64,000 nt of DNA from Octopus vulgaris (Eukaryota), in the NCBI GenBank assembly GCA_951406725.2, contig OX597816.1, positions 81,530,001 to 81,594,000 of the forward strand, given 5' to 3'. Numbering within the stretch: the first letter of the stretch is position 1; the number at the start of each line of letters is the position of its first letter. The notes beneath the pieces are model-generated. The model was not told the DNA's origin. It searched no databases and worked only from the letters and a program-made list of their open reading frames with translations. Shown here piece by piece: positions 1-13,215 of this stretch. Made by a program: the position numbers and the translations under genes.

Positions 1-856
1 AGTGAACTCAAATGATTGCTCTTAATATAGAGGATTGTAATACAAGTTTTGTACATTTGATCTATCTGTTAATGTGTAAAGTGTGCAGTACAAGTAAGCT
101 ATTTTAAAATATCCACTAATTATTTAAAACTTTAAGAAAGTGGTACATGTGTAATATATACTGCTATTTTGAAAATGTTATAAGGGTTTTAAAAAAAAAA
201 AGTAATGGCAAGAGCAGGGAAAAAGAATAATAGAAGAAAGTAAAATACTAAAAATTGAAGAAATCAAAATCATGTAAATTTATCCTTTATTTTTTAGATA
301 GGCTGGAGCAATTGAAGCAGTAGTGATAGGATTCTTGGCATATGTACATTTAATTAAAAACAATATATGAACAGGTTGTTTGAAAGAAATCTCTTTCGTA
401 AAGAGCAAACAAACAAATGATGTATACATATGAATACGTGGTATTGGCTACAATGCCGTGATTTTCATAAGAAAATATAGCTATTTCTTTGACAGTAAAA
501 AGTCATCATTAAAAATAATGAAATTGATTTATAGACTTATTGGTCTTTATTTTCAGTTTGGTTAAACATTATCAAAATAACAGTACACATCCAAAATAAA
601 CAGCATACTATATATTCATCAAAGTATTTATTTAAAAATTCAATCTGAATTTACAATTGGTATTACTGTATACTGCCAGTAATATGTACAATACATGTAC
701 ATTGTAATTATTGAAAAATATGCATAAATTGCACCTTTTTGTTTCCGCTTATGGATTTTTAAAAAAATTTATTTATTTGTTATAAAAATTAAATTATAGC
801 ATTGTAGTTGTAGGTGGGCAACCAATATCTTTAGACACAGTCTGCTACACCGTGTA

Positions 857-917
<61 letters not shown>

Positions 918-1098
918 CATCCACTACACTCTCGGAGCGGTTGGCGTTAGGAAGGGCATCCAGCTGTAGAAACTCTGTCAGATCAAGATTGGAGCCTGAT
1001 GCAGCCATCTGGTTCACCAGCCCTCAGTCAAATCATCCAACCCATGCTAGCATGGAAAACGGATGTTAAACGATGATGATGATGATGATGATGATGAT
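918..1098 (+). mobile_element. RTE-clade LINE 3' terminal fragment with (GAT)n tail
   Basis: ggcgttaggaagggcatccagc...aacccatgctagcatgga...aaacgatgatgat is the same 3' end as the RTE-ORF-bearing copy at 43550-44483. Confidence 0.8.
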
Positions 1099-1107
1099 AT
1101 ATATATG

Positions 1108-1131
1108 TTAGGGTTAGGGTTAGGGTTAGGG
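1108..1131 (+). repeat. Interstitial telomeric repeat (TTAGGG)4
   Basis: Four exact TTAGGG units read directly. Confidence 0.9.
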
Positions 1132-1543
1132 TTGATAATGAAACAATGGAAATAAATGTAGAGAAACTGAAGTATCATTATCATCATCATTTAATGTCTA
1201 CCTTCCATGCTAGCATGGTTTAGAAAGAAATAAGCTGATCCAAAAGTATTCAATTTAAAGACTGAGTGAAATTGTTATTTATCCCCATGTTGACCCTTAA
1301 TAAACAGGCCTATGATCAAAAGCTTTCCAGCCATGACTATTCCCATTTTTTGTGTAAATTCAGAACCCCGTTATCTGTGTTCTTCCATTTTTAGACAGTA
1401 GATGGTGATTTGAGGGAGATTTGGTTGCTAGTTCAAGCAAGTTGAGCAACCACATAGAGGCTGAATTCTAGTTGGCTCGATCGAACAAAATGGATGTAGA
1501 TGATAATGACAACAACAATGATGATGACTGACACAACATGCTG

Positions 1544-1727
1544 GGCACGTAAAAAGCACCCACTACACTCTTGGAGTGGTTGGCGTTAGGAAGGGCATCC
1601 AGCTATAGAAACTCTGCCAGATCAAGATTGGAGCCTGGTGCAGCCATCTGGTTCACCAGCCCTCAGTCAAAACCGTCCAACCCATGCTAGCATGGAAAGT
1701 GGACGTTAAACGATGATGATGATGATG
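1544..1727 (+). mobile_element. RTE-clade LINE 3' terminal fragment
   Basis: Near-identical to 918-1098, includes ggcacgtaaaaagcacc core, (GAT)n tail. Confidence 0.8.
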
Positions 1728-2246
1728 AAGAAGAAGACCACAGCCACATATAACTGAATCAACACTTAAAATCTACACACATACCAGAAGGAAATATATC
1801 TTTATCACTATTCTTCTATCAGTGTAGGGGAATAATCAGGAAGAGTTCAGTACCTTGTCCAAAGAACTATACCATTTCAATAGCTTTGTATGTGCTCCCG
1901 ACTCATCTAATCAACCACTGAAAACTATGTCTTGCTTCTAAATTCACAAATGATCAAAACTTATTGTTCAGTTACTTTTCTAGCCATAGGCTGGACTTAA
2001 ACCATTATGAGACGGAGATAAATTTTATCCTATTGATCAATATCAAACCAATCAGCAATTATGACCACCAATCCCAATGGTAATTATCTTGTCCACTATG
2101 GCAGAAAACAGAATCAGAAGAATGGTTTGTAAACTTGTACAATCAGCCAAAAGCTTCCAACCCAAAACTCTAACCAGGCTATTTTAAAAGTTTCACAATC
2201 CAGAACCAGGTACTTCAGTTTAGCCATGACTTGCTATCTTAGTTAA

Positions 2247-2468
2247 CCCTTTAACATTTAAACTGGTCATATCCAGCCAAAATATTCTACCTGTTTTATG
2301 TTCAAACCAGCCAGATCTGGCCTCTCATACCTCTCCTACAATGTCCTTATAAAATGTAAACAATCATATCATTGAAATCTACAAGGTCTACAAGTTAATG
2401 CATGATAATTCAGAACAATGTACATAAATAAGCATTGCATTTGATAGAATAACCCCAATGCTATAGGA
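2247..2468. mobile_element. piggyBac-type MITE (TTAA target, CCCTTT termini)
   Basis: ttaa|ccctttaacatt...aatgctatagga|ttaa; homologous copies at 4522-4741 and 63969-64000, partial copy about 2545-2650. Confidence 0.7.
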
Positions 2469-3376
2469 TTAATCTAGTTATCTTCAAAATTTGGATAAGT
2501 AATACATCTAATCAATAAAGGATATAGATTTACAGTTTTATTTTGAAACTGGTCAGATCCAGACTCTCACACCTACTCTACAATGTCATTCTAAAAATAA
2601 ACAATCACATCATCAAAATCTCAAGGTTATGAGAAAATACATGATTAATTTTTAAAGGGTCAATTTGTCTGGCCAAAGAAAATGAAAAATAAATAGCCCA
2701 AATTCAAAACTTCAGTATTGAAATTGTCCATATCCAGCCAATATAAATATTTCTATTTCTTCAAACATGCCACCATACCTCACCTTATTGTCAGCTTACT
2801 TACAGGACAAAGATACCAACCCACCATCACCATCTACTTCAAATCTTACAGAAAGCCATGTATTTTCTTTTCTTATTTCATCATTCATATATAAACAGAA
2901 CAATGCACAGAAAGAAAAGTCACCTTTTCTATCAGTAAACTATTGGTATTATGAATGCTAAAATGGATCAATAACATTGTTGTCAATAGTAATTAATTCC
3001 TGTAGCAATGATAGTAATCTAAAGATAAGCCCTTGCTGAGTCATACCTACAACTTGATTTCAATTGCTACTTTCATTTCATTCCACTAGCATACCCAATA
3101 TTTTTGAAAAAAATGTAAATGAAATACAATCTCATTTCAACCCATTATAGAGATGAAGAAATACTATTTTTACAACTGGTATAAACTTCCTAATATATCA
3201 ATTAAACAGTGATAGAGCAACCATGGTATCTATCTTTCACAGAGGTAGCATGAGGACAATTAGGCAATGTGAATGCTTAACTATTAAGTCTGTGGAATAC
3301 CACTCTGAGTGCACAGCTTTCAAACCACATGTAGAAAATGTAATGAATAATGAATTATAAAGAAAAATTTACTTAC

Positions 3377-3869
3377 TTTTGTTATCCGTGAAATCTCGGT
3401 CATTAATAGTGGTAACATCCAGATCACTGCAAGAACTGTCTGTCCTCAGCAAACCACTGGACATTTCATGACTAGCTAAATGGTCAATGCCTATAATGGC
3501 ATGAGCAGGAGATGGTGAGGATGTGTGATGAGCAGCAGTAAACAATGTGGCAGTTGTCGAGGGTACTTGATTATGACTGACCTCCACTAAGTGGGACTGA
3601 ATAGAGTTGCTTTGCTGATGAGGAGCCAGTGGGTCTTGGTGGCAGTCAGCATGTTTATCATCTTCATCTTCATTGGCCAGGCCAACTCGATAATCAGCAA
3701 AAGCTGGTGGCATGATTACTGATGAGTAACTAATCAATTCTGTAGTGTCTGCTCTGTTGACACGCTCTTTTGAGCTCAGCTGAGTTTTCTCAACAGTGAA
3801 CAGAGATGGCAAGTAACCCACACTGTGTCTAACATCAGTCACTTCTCTCTTTCTACATGTTGCCATCAT
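3377..3869 (-). CDS. First coding exon portion of an unidentified minus-strand gene (exon 3377-3925; MMATCRKREV...DRDFTDNK, phase-1 donor)
   Basis: Only long non-repeat ORF; acceptor ttttctctacAG at 3927-3926, donor GTAAGT at 3376-3371; S/H/D-rich, disordered-looking N-terminus; downstream exons not found in window. Confidence 0.75.
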
Positions 3870-3884
3870 ACACTCGAACAATCA

Positions 3885-3923
3885 TTATTTTCCTATTTTA
3901 CTCTTAAGGGATCTCATCAACAT
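3885..3923 (-). promoter_or_regulatory. Upstream ORF (MLMRSLKSKIGK*) in 5' part of the exon
   Basis: ATG 2 nt after the acceptor, TAA 15 nt before the main ATG at 3869. Confidence 0.5.
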
Positions 3924-4521
3924 GGCTGTAGAGAAAAAGCAAAAAGAGTACTGGTAAATAAACATTAACACCACAAATTAAACAAGAAAAATCAAAAAGT
4001 ATACTACATGCAGGACTATATCAACATTATCGTCTTAGTTTTTAACACTGTTATGTATGGTTTCAGTGAGATTTGGTTGTTGTTTCTAGCTGATTAAGTG
4101 ACTATGAGGTTCCTCATTGACTCTAAAAGAAGATATTTATTGCTGATCAAGTTGATAGGATACAAAAAAAAAAAGAAAAATCAACATTATCTATCTCATC
4201 AGTGGTGCTGACACTTATACCACATGCAAAGAAACTTAACTCTTAAAAGCCCAATATACCAGACAGAAAACAGAAATAATGGAAAGTAAAGTTTACTCTT
4301 ACAAGTGGTGTGAAGAGGAATTTGTGATCAAAATGTTTCAAAGCACAGTGAAATTATTTTAGTTTCTTTAGCGTTTTACCAGTTAAAGATATCTTCAACT
4401 GTGTTCCAGCATCCCAATGTGTTATGTCATTATTTTAGATCTAAACACTTGAAATCAAAAAATTAAATTAAAAAAGGACATCTATACAAAATGCTTTCAT
4501 AAACACTCTTAAATTCCTCAA

Positions 4522-4741
4522 CTCTTTCGCATTTATACTGGCCATATCAGGATCAAATACTTTTCTTCTTTTATGTTCAAACTGGCCATATCCAGCCTAT
4601 CAAACCTACCCTACAATGTCATTCTAAAAATACACAATTATATCATTGAAATCTCCAAGTTATGAGATAATGCATGATTAATTCAAAACAATGTGAATCA
4701 ATAAGTACTACATTTGACAGAGTAATCTCAATGCTAAAGGG
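4522..4741. mobile_element. piggyBac-type MITE
   Basis: Homologous to 2247-2468; ends aatgctaaaggg|ttaa. Confidence 0.7.
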
Positions 4742-5088
4742 TTAATGTAAAAAGTCTACTAAGCAATGTATTATTACAATTACAAAATATTTAAATATAA
4801 TCCATAACTTTTTATAATCCTCTTTTTGGTTATCTCTAGAGGAAGCTGAAAATATTTCACAACTTGTGAATGATAAGCTTAACATTGTATGTACTATTCT
4901 ATATTATCATTAAAGACCCTCATGCAATGGCAAAGTTTATCAAGGAGATTGGAAACTATAGTTCAGTACTAAGTGATTCCCCATCACTTTCATCAGGCAT
5001 ATAGTGGGTCTTGAACTTAGTACAAGGTAACAAAATAATTATTAGTTACCCAGTATTTCCACTCCTTACAGCAGTAACTTGCACTTAT

Positions 5089-5580
5089 ATAATAATAATG
5101 AAATTATTGTATACAGTGCTCAGGTGCACCACAATTTGTCAAAAGTGCGTATAAAGCATATGCAGTAATGTACAAATGTCTGGAAAGCGAACAGTGTATG
5201 AGTCAGATACATGCTTGCACGTGTATGGAGGGGAGAAAATCAAGTGTAGTGTTGGCGAATCTCAGGAAGCATGGAAGTTTTGAAGGATGCAGTGCTCCGA
5301 CAACTAACAACTGATGCCGGCAGTTTGTTCTATGCTTCAGCAACTCTTAGCGTGAAAAAATGTTTCCGAAAATCATGGGAGCTATGCTGTTTTCTGACTT
5401 TGTAAACACGTCCACAGGTGTTAGACAGGTGGAGTTTGAAAAGGTGCTCAGAGTTATTGTTAGTAAGATGGTTAATAATTTTATGGGTGTCTGCCAAGTC
5501 AGCTGCCAGACGGAGTTTCAAAGTATCCATGCCCAGGGAAGTAAGGCGTTCAGAATACGGCAAATGCCTGATGGATATGC
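5089..5580 (-). mobile_element. CR1-like LINE 3' end (ORF2 C-terminus, 3' UTR, (TTA)n tail)
   Basis: Translation LPYSERL..LKLR..ADL..THKII...FRKHFFTLRV matches the CR1 ORF2 C-terminal pattern; in-frame stop. Confidence 0.8.
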
Positions 5581-5954
5581 AGTAATCTATTTGCAAACAA
5601 GTTGACTGGATCTGTGATAAGTTAAATATTTTGGGCATGAACACTACAAATGATGGAGCATGGAACCATCAAACTCATACTGATTAATGCTGACTTATAT
5701 TCTCAATAGAAGTTTTAAATTTGCATGGACCCACAAAGCATTGAGGAAGGTGAATTTGATTTAACTAACAACAGTATTATACTAGGCAATGATTTATTGA
5801 AATCTGAAGGATGTAAGGATTTGAAATAAGAAAAGTAAAGGGCTCTCATTCTTAAAGCATTGCTGACTGAAGGATATACATATTCAAACAACAGAATTTT
5901 GAATAAGGTAGACAGAACCAACAAGACACAGCCTAGAAAAACATGACAATAATA

Positions 5955-6175
5955 ATAATGGTTTCAAATTTTAACATTTTGGGGGAAGGGATGACTCAGT
6001 TACATTGCCCCCAGTATTTCACCAGTACTTAATTTATTGATCCTGAAAGGATGAAAGGCAAAGTCAACCTTGGCAGAATTTGAACTCAGAACATAGCAAC
6101 AGGTGAAATATCACTAGGCACTTCATCCAGTATGCTAACAATTATGCCATATCACCAACTTAAAGACAATAATAA
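5955..6175 (-). mobile_element. tRNA-derived SINE, family A
   Basis: Reverse complement of gttctgagttcaaattc...gactttgcctttcatcct...gtaccag family seen many times in window. Confidence 0.75.
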
Positions 6176-6959
6176 TAATGGCAGCAGCATAAAAAGGGAA
6201 ATAATTTCGATTAGCTATAGATGAAAATTATGATAACAATGATACTAACAATGTCAAAAATATTAGAAATGTCAAATAAGTCTAAGAGAGAGAGAAGGAA
6301 AATAAATTAACTTTAACTAAATATAAAATATATGTGATTATGTCTTACCTATGCTGTATATGTAGCTGGTCCCTATGGGAGAACTAGCCACATTGAAACC
6401 CCTATTACAAAGCAGCATGCCCACATACAAACTGGTGGTCAATACACCTGTAACAGTAAAAATAGAAAACAGAATGTTAGGACAAAAATATACAAAATTT
6501 GTGAAATAAGAAGTTAAAAAAGTGTTGGTCTTTAAAGCTGAGCTCAATAAAATAAGTACCAGTATTATACTAATACTAAAAGGATATCCAACATTGCCTG
6601 AGAAATAAAGCACTCATTTGTTGGCTAATTATTTGAATTTGAATCATTTATTCTCTTCATTCATTCATTATGAGTCATCTTCCAAGCTGGCATAGGTTGG
6701 ATATGTACATATTTGAGACAAGATTTTACACCCACTTGCTCTTCTTGTTACTAACTCTTAACTGTTTTCCAAACAAGGAACTGTTTTATTCTACTGAGCT
6801 TTGGGATGTATTGCTCACAAGGAATGCAAATATGACATGACACTGTTGTTTCAGCTTAGTCTCATGCAAAGAAGTGAAAATGACAACATTCACTCACTCA
6901 CTCAAACACACACACACACACACACACTGTCTTGATGTATAGTTAAGAGACTTGTTGAC

Positions 6960-7135
6960 CTATCAAGTTGTTCTGAGTTCAGTCGCACTGTGTGGTGCCT
7001 TGGGCATGTGTTTTCCACTATAGTCAAGGGCCAACCAAAGCCTTGTGAGTAGATTTGATAGATGGAAACTGAAAGAAACCCATTGTGTGTGTGTGTGTGC
7101 GTGCGTGCACGCATGTGTGTGTGCATGCACATATG
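6960..7135 (+). mobile_element. tRNA-derived SINE, family B (CORE-like ccttgggca segment), 5' half ending in (GT)n
   Basis: Matches 5' half of the full copy at 63266-63612. Confidence 0.65.
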
Positions 7136-8183
7136 GGTGTTTGCGTGTTTATTTACATTCATGCTTCTCCAAAAATCACAAAGACCTGGGTGGTGATTTA
7201 CCCTGTTGAATTATTCACTGGCTTTGAGCCTTCAAAGATGTGTGGAATAATATATCACATACTTGAAAAACAAGTAAGGGTTAATGACAAGAATGGTATC
7301 CAGCTATGAATCAATGCTTCAATAATACATTTGTCTATTCCATGCTAGCATTGAAAAATAAAAGCAAAAGCAAACAACATAGGTGTGTGCATAGGTACAC
7401 TTATGTGCAGAATTTGCCCCAAGAAAGAAAGACTGCTAGGATATGAATGACATCATTGGACTGAAGGACAAATGTGGTTTTGTGTTATTAAGTTTCATCA
7501 GCTATGGGCACCTAATTCATTGCTCATAGCCCACTAAGAACAGCAGTTCTTATATTTAAACAGCAAATAGTACATTTACTGATGTGCACAAAGTACAATT
7601 AACTCAAGGCACATGAAGCAGTGCTGGTTAAAATATAGATGTGTACAGTTATGTTTAGCACATTCATGTTCACTCAAACATAGAAAGACACTTGCTGCAG
7701 AAATTATCTATAAAGGAAGATTTTCCTTATAGACAATATATACGAAAACACATTACTAAGCTATGAAAAATGTCATCAGCATGCATTTCTGCATCATTAT
7801 GCAGAGAATTTATATGGAGAATTTTTCTCCTGAGACAATTTCTAACAGCAAAGGTCTTTCCACATCCAAGTGTGCATGAATGAGTTATACACAAATGTGC
7901 ACACCTGTGTTTCAATCAATGCTACTTTGTGCACTTCTAATCAAAAATGAATAAATAAAGCTATGACAGGCTACCATACAGATTCACTGTCAATTCCACT
8001 CACTAGGCACTGGTTGACCTGAGACTGTAGTAGAAAAAACGTGCCACAAAGGCTGACTGAGCCTGAGACAACACAATTGCAAAGTGAATTCCTTAACCAC
8101 AAAGTCATACCTGTGCACAATGAAATAAAACAAAGACATTCCAGTCATGACAATCCAGTCAGTATATCTTTAATACATAAATG

Positions 8184-8247
<64 letters not shown>

Positions 8248-8252
8248 TATAT

Positions 8253-8439
8253 ACAAGGGGGTGCTGAAAAGTTCCTAGCTTTGGGTAAAAGAAAATCCAG
8301 GAGGATCAGTTAATTACGATTTTATTTAACATATTCCCCTCTCAGATTCACACACTTATTCCAGTGGTCTTTCAGTTTTTCTATGCCCTGTAAAAGAACT
8401 TGGAAGGTCTTTCATGATACTCTTAAAGCCAGGAACTTT
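8253..8439 (-). mobile_element. Non-autonomous mariner-like element
   Basis: TA-flanked; inverted ends aagttcctagcttt / aaagccaggaactt; minus strand encodes WNKCVNLRGEYVK*, the mariner transposase C-terminal motif. Confidence 0.65.
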
Positions 8440-8479
8440 ATATATGGGTTAGTCCACATTACTCTGGAAAGAGCATAGA

Positions 8480-8690
8480 ACCAGTTTCCCAGTTTCTCTG
8501 GTGTATATATTCTTCCCTGGGCAGGACACCAGCCCATTGCAAGCTTTCTCATTTTCATCAGCTGAGTGGACTGGAGCAATGCCTAATGAAGTGCTTTGCT
8601 CAAGAACACAACACATTGTCAGGTTCAGAAATCAAAACCACAATCTTACAATATTGAGTCCAACACCCTAACCACTAGCCATGCGCCATA
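8480..8690 (-). mobile_element. tRNA-derived SINE, family C
   Basis: Shares tgctcaagaacacaacac and tRNA-like head with 27707-27945 and 46420-46740. Confidence 0.6.
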
Positions 8691-8864
8691 ACACACAAAC
8701 ACACATACAATTAACTCAAGTGACAGAAATATGCAATAAAAGGTGAGAATTGGTAATTTATTAATAGAATTTGATGGTAATATATTTTGGATACAGTAAT
8801 GAATAGGTTTTTTTAAGAATAATAAGAGAGACTATGTTATGCTTTATTTCTATAATAATAATGA

Positions 8865-9078
8865 TAATCCTTTCTACTATATGCACAAGGCCTGAAATTT
8901 GTGGGGAGGAGACTAGTCGATAACATCAACCCCAGTGTTTCATTGGTACTTATTTTTTGATCCCAAAAGGATGAAGGGCAAAGTCAACCTAGGCAGAATT
9001 TGAACTCAGAACGTAAAGATGGACAAAATACTGCTAAGCATTTTGCTTGGCATCCTAACAGTCCTGCCAGCTCACCAG
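8865..9078 (-). mobile_element. SINE family A
   Basis: Full head-to-tail similarity to other family A copies. Confidence 0.75.
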
Positions 9079-9103
9079 CTTTACAATAATAATACCTCAC
9101 AAG

Positions 9104-9649
9104 GCAGCAAATAGCAGGGAAGCTGCACCAGGTTCCAGTCTGAATTGCCTTGGTTTCTACAGCTGGATGCCCTTTCTAATGGCAACCATTTTACTGTATG
9201 TGCTGGGTATTTCTAATGTGCCACCAGCATGAGTGCTTTTACATGGCACCAGCACGAAGTTGGCAAGCTGGCAGAAACTTTAGCATACCGGACGAAATGC
9301 TTAGCAGTATTTCGTCTGTCTTTACATTCTGAGTTCCAATTCCGCCGAGGTCGACTTTGCCTTTCATACTTTTGGGGTCGATAAATTAAGTACCAGTTAC
9401 GCACTGGGATCAATGTAATCAACTTAATCCCTTTGTCTGTCCTTGTTTGTCCCCTCTATGTTTAGCCCCTTGTGGGCAATAAAGAAATAAGAAACGTTAG
9501 CATGCCAGGTAAAATGCTTAGCAGTATTTCGTCTGTCTTTACATTCTGAGTTCAAATTCCGCCATGGTCGACAAATTAAATACTGGGATCGATCTAATCA
9601 ACTGGCCCCCTCCCCAAAAATTTCGGGCCTTGTGCCTAAAGTAGAAAAG
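9104..9649 (+). mobile_element. Composite insertion: copied RTE-tail segment plus SINE A dimer, flanked by 19-bp direct repeats
   Basis: aataataatacctcacaag at 9085-9103 and 9650-9668; SINE A copies at about 9262-9490 and 9491-9650. Confidence 0.7.
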
Positions 9650-10338
9650 AATAATAATACCTCACAAGACTAATTTCTCATTGTTTTCTTATCAAAATGA
9701 TGAGGGAGAAGAAGTGGCACGATCAGATCTCTGGATGCTAGAACTCACTGATAAAATGATGTAAAATCAACATGAGTAAATCCACCTAACTATTAGTAGT
9801 TTATATTGTTTAACCTCCAGCCAACTCTGATTGAGCAAGCCTATGATCAAAAGCATTCCAGCTATAACTATCCAGTCTTTCTTCAGACAAATTATATCAT
9901 TCATTGTGTCCATCTCTTTTTTTTTTTAGCACTTCTATCTTTTATTTGTTTCAGTCACTGGACTGCAGCTATGCTGTGGCACCACCTTATAGGGTTTTAT
10001 TCACACAAATTAACCCTAGTACTTACTTTCTTTCAAGTCTGGCACTTATTCTATCAATTTCTTTTGCTGAATAGCAGGGAAGCTGCACCAGGTACCAGTC
10101 TGAATTGCCTTGGTTTCTACAAATGGATGCCCTTTCTATTGGCAATCACTTTATAGTATGTGCTGAGTATTTCTAATGTGCCACCAGCATGAGTGCTTTT
10201 ACATGGCACCAGCACGAGTGCTTATGTGGCACTGACAAAGGACTCTTGCAGGTCAATCCTCTTCCTGAGGGGATGTAGCCTTAACACTTCTGCTGTGGAG
10301 GATGAGTCTTCTTGTGTACAGCAAAAACATTTTTAAGG

Positions 10339-10393
<55 letters not shown>

Positions 10394-10409
10394 GATAAGC
10401 TCCCACATA

Positions 10410-10646
10410 GATTCTTATTTCTTTACTGCCCACAAGGGGCTACACACACAGAGGGGACAAACAAGGACAGACAAAGGGATTAAGTCGATTATATCAACCC
10501 AGTGCGTAACTAGTACTTATTTAATCGACCCCGAAAGGATGAAAGGCAAAGTCAACCTCAGCAGAATTTGAACTCAGAACGTAGCGGCAGACGAAATACC
10601 GCTAAGCATTTTGCCCGGCATGCTAACGTTTCTGCCAGCTCGCCAT
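10410..10646 (-). mobile_element. SINE family A (young, CpG retained), inserted at the internal TA tract of a family B SINE (about 10650-10800)
   Basis: A/B-box-like head, family A body and tail. Confidence 0.8.
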
Positions 10647-11429
10647 CTTCATAATTTCACACAGTTTCTGTCAACCAAATTCATTACCAAGGTCAGCTTG
10701 CAGCTTTACTAGAAGACACCTGCCCAAGGTTCCACATACCTGAACTAAACCTGAAATCACATGGCTGCAAAGCAAGCTTCTTAACCACACAGCTATGCCT
10801 GGACCTGTGGTCATGCAACTACATAAACGTTGCCCTATAAGTTTGTGCTTGTATAGTGTAAGATTTAGGAGGTATGGCATTGTCAACCAATTGCTGCAAC
10901 ACTACATAGCAGTAAGAAAAACAAATGTTAAAGCACTGATGATGACAATTGTAGTGAACCTATGAGCTGATACATAAAATCAAAGTTAAGTTTATGGAGC
11001 TATGAAGAAAAGCTTGGGTTTGAAAAAGTTTCTGAAGCACAGGCATGGATGTAGCCACCTGAAAAACCTTAAGGGATATTCTTAATCTCAAAACAAGGCT
11101 GCTACTTGTTGATTTCCAACTTCTTTCCTAGACTGAAGAGAGCTTCTGTAATGTTCGTCTCAATATCAGTGCTGTTTTCTAAAGTGCTTATATCTATCCA
11201 GTTTTTTGCGGGACTTTTTTTCCTTGGATAATGGTTAAATAAATAGTATGTGTATATTATGTATAACACACAGTTAGTAGAGAGTGTCAACCACCTTTAT
11301 AACATCTATATATTGAGTATGATGCTGACAAATGTCAGATGGACAAACCAATTCATATATTACATTAATTACCATAGTATTTTGTTAAACAGAAAATAAA
11401 CATATATGTTGACTGTAATGCCATTTTCT

Positions 11430-12149
11430 GTACTTGGAACATGAGAATTAGTGTTGTGAAGGCTGACATATTGGTCCTCTCAAGAAAGTTACCCTAGTGC
11501 TCTCTACATGTTAGCAGAACTTCACTGAGACAAGTGAGGAAGTTTAAGTATCTTGGGGCTGTATTCACAAGCGATGGGATGCCGGAGGCTAAACCAAATA
11601 CTAGAATTTCAGGTGGTGGCACAGTAATGTGCCAACCCCAGTATTCAATCCTCAGAAGAGGAGAGATTAATGAAAAAGTCAAACTCACAACCTTCAGTTC
11701 AGTTTTCAAGCATAGCCTCATCCATGGCCAAGGATGCTGGGTAATAACTGAAAGAGTATGATCGCAAATACAAGCAGCCAAAGTGGGATTCCTCCAAAGG
11801 ATTATTAGAGTAACATTACTCAACAGAGAGCATAGCTCAGAGATCAGAGACTTGACCTGGAGAGACTCTACTTCTCTGCTTTGAGGGGTCACAGCTTCAG
11901 TACAACAGACATGTGATTAGGATGTTACAGGAAAGCCTCACAACACAGATTCTTCAAGCTGAGCCAACCAACAGGAGACCTAGGAGTAGACCAAGAACAA
12001 ATGCTTGGATAATATTCATTGTCTCAGTTTGGAATGCAGCCAGAAAGTCTAATGACTGTTGCTTCTGATAGGATCCTAAGAAGAGGTGTCTGAAGACTCT
12101 ACACCTATGAGCCTCTCAGGAACAGTGGTTCAGAGAAGATGGATGGATC
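11430..12149 (+). mobile_element. Decayed RTE-clade LINE 3' fragment
   Basis: VRKFKYLGAVFTSDG RT-thumb motif, RRPRSRPRT-like C-terminal motif, gatggatggat tail. Confidence 0.7.
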
Positions 12150-13215
12150 AGAAGGTTATAAGACAAAGTGTAACAAACAAAACCTTTCAATAACATTGTG
12201 TAGAGCCAGCAACATCATTGTTATAGCTATAATATTTATACAACACCAAGATTTAGTCACCATCACTTCACATTTAAAGTGGTTTCCAAAGTGATGAGAA
12301 AAAAAAGCACCAAACCAGACTTGAAACAAGAAATTAACGAAATTAATACTGAAAATACTGACACAAATAAAATTATCACTATAACTGGTTTTATTGTCCA
12401 TTTCCCCATGCTGTCATGAGTTGACAGGACTTCCAATATAGCAATCCTCCCCATAGCTCCAGCTCTAACCATCCTCCTCCTCCCCCAACCCACACATGCA
12501 CTATAGGCCTATTCTGTCAACACTTTTAAAAGCTACTTTGAATTACATTATAATACACACAACTGACATAGAACCCATGATAAAAATAAGAAGAAAAATC
12601 TGAAAGTTAGGAAAACATAAAGAGGTAACTTAAAATTACATTATAGTCATATTTTCAAACACACACACATATGTACACATGTATACACAGAAACACACAC
12701 AGACACACACACACATATATATATATGTATACACGGACATAAGCACACACACACATGCAACAACACACACATATGTATGTATTTATGTATGGACATAAGC
12801 ACATACATACACACACACTAACATACACAAACACAATTACCCAGTTCAAACTTTACCATAGCCTATTTTTACAGTTGCCAGCATACAAAGGTCCACTTCT
12901 ACTTTACAAAAAAAAGGTCGGCCATAAAGAATGCAATACAAAACAGCACTCCAACTAAAATCCATCTCCCTGTGCTAACATAAAAATTCAGTGATGTTAC
13001 AGCATGGTTTTACAAGCAACCATACGATTAATTTATTAGTAATGGTGAAAAAGGACTTTTAATTTCATTTGAAAATTTGAACAAAAATAAGAAAACAAAA
13101 AGGATCTAATAAAAAATAAATGGGTAAGGAAACTAATAGAAAGAAAATCTTACTGAGAAATTAATTATTTTTAACAGCACTGATAAAAATATCATTGTTG
13201 TTGTTGTTGTTGCTA

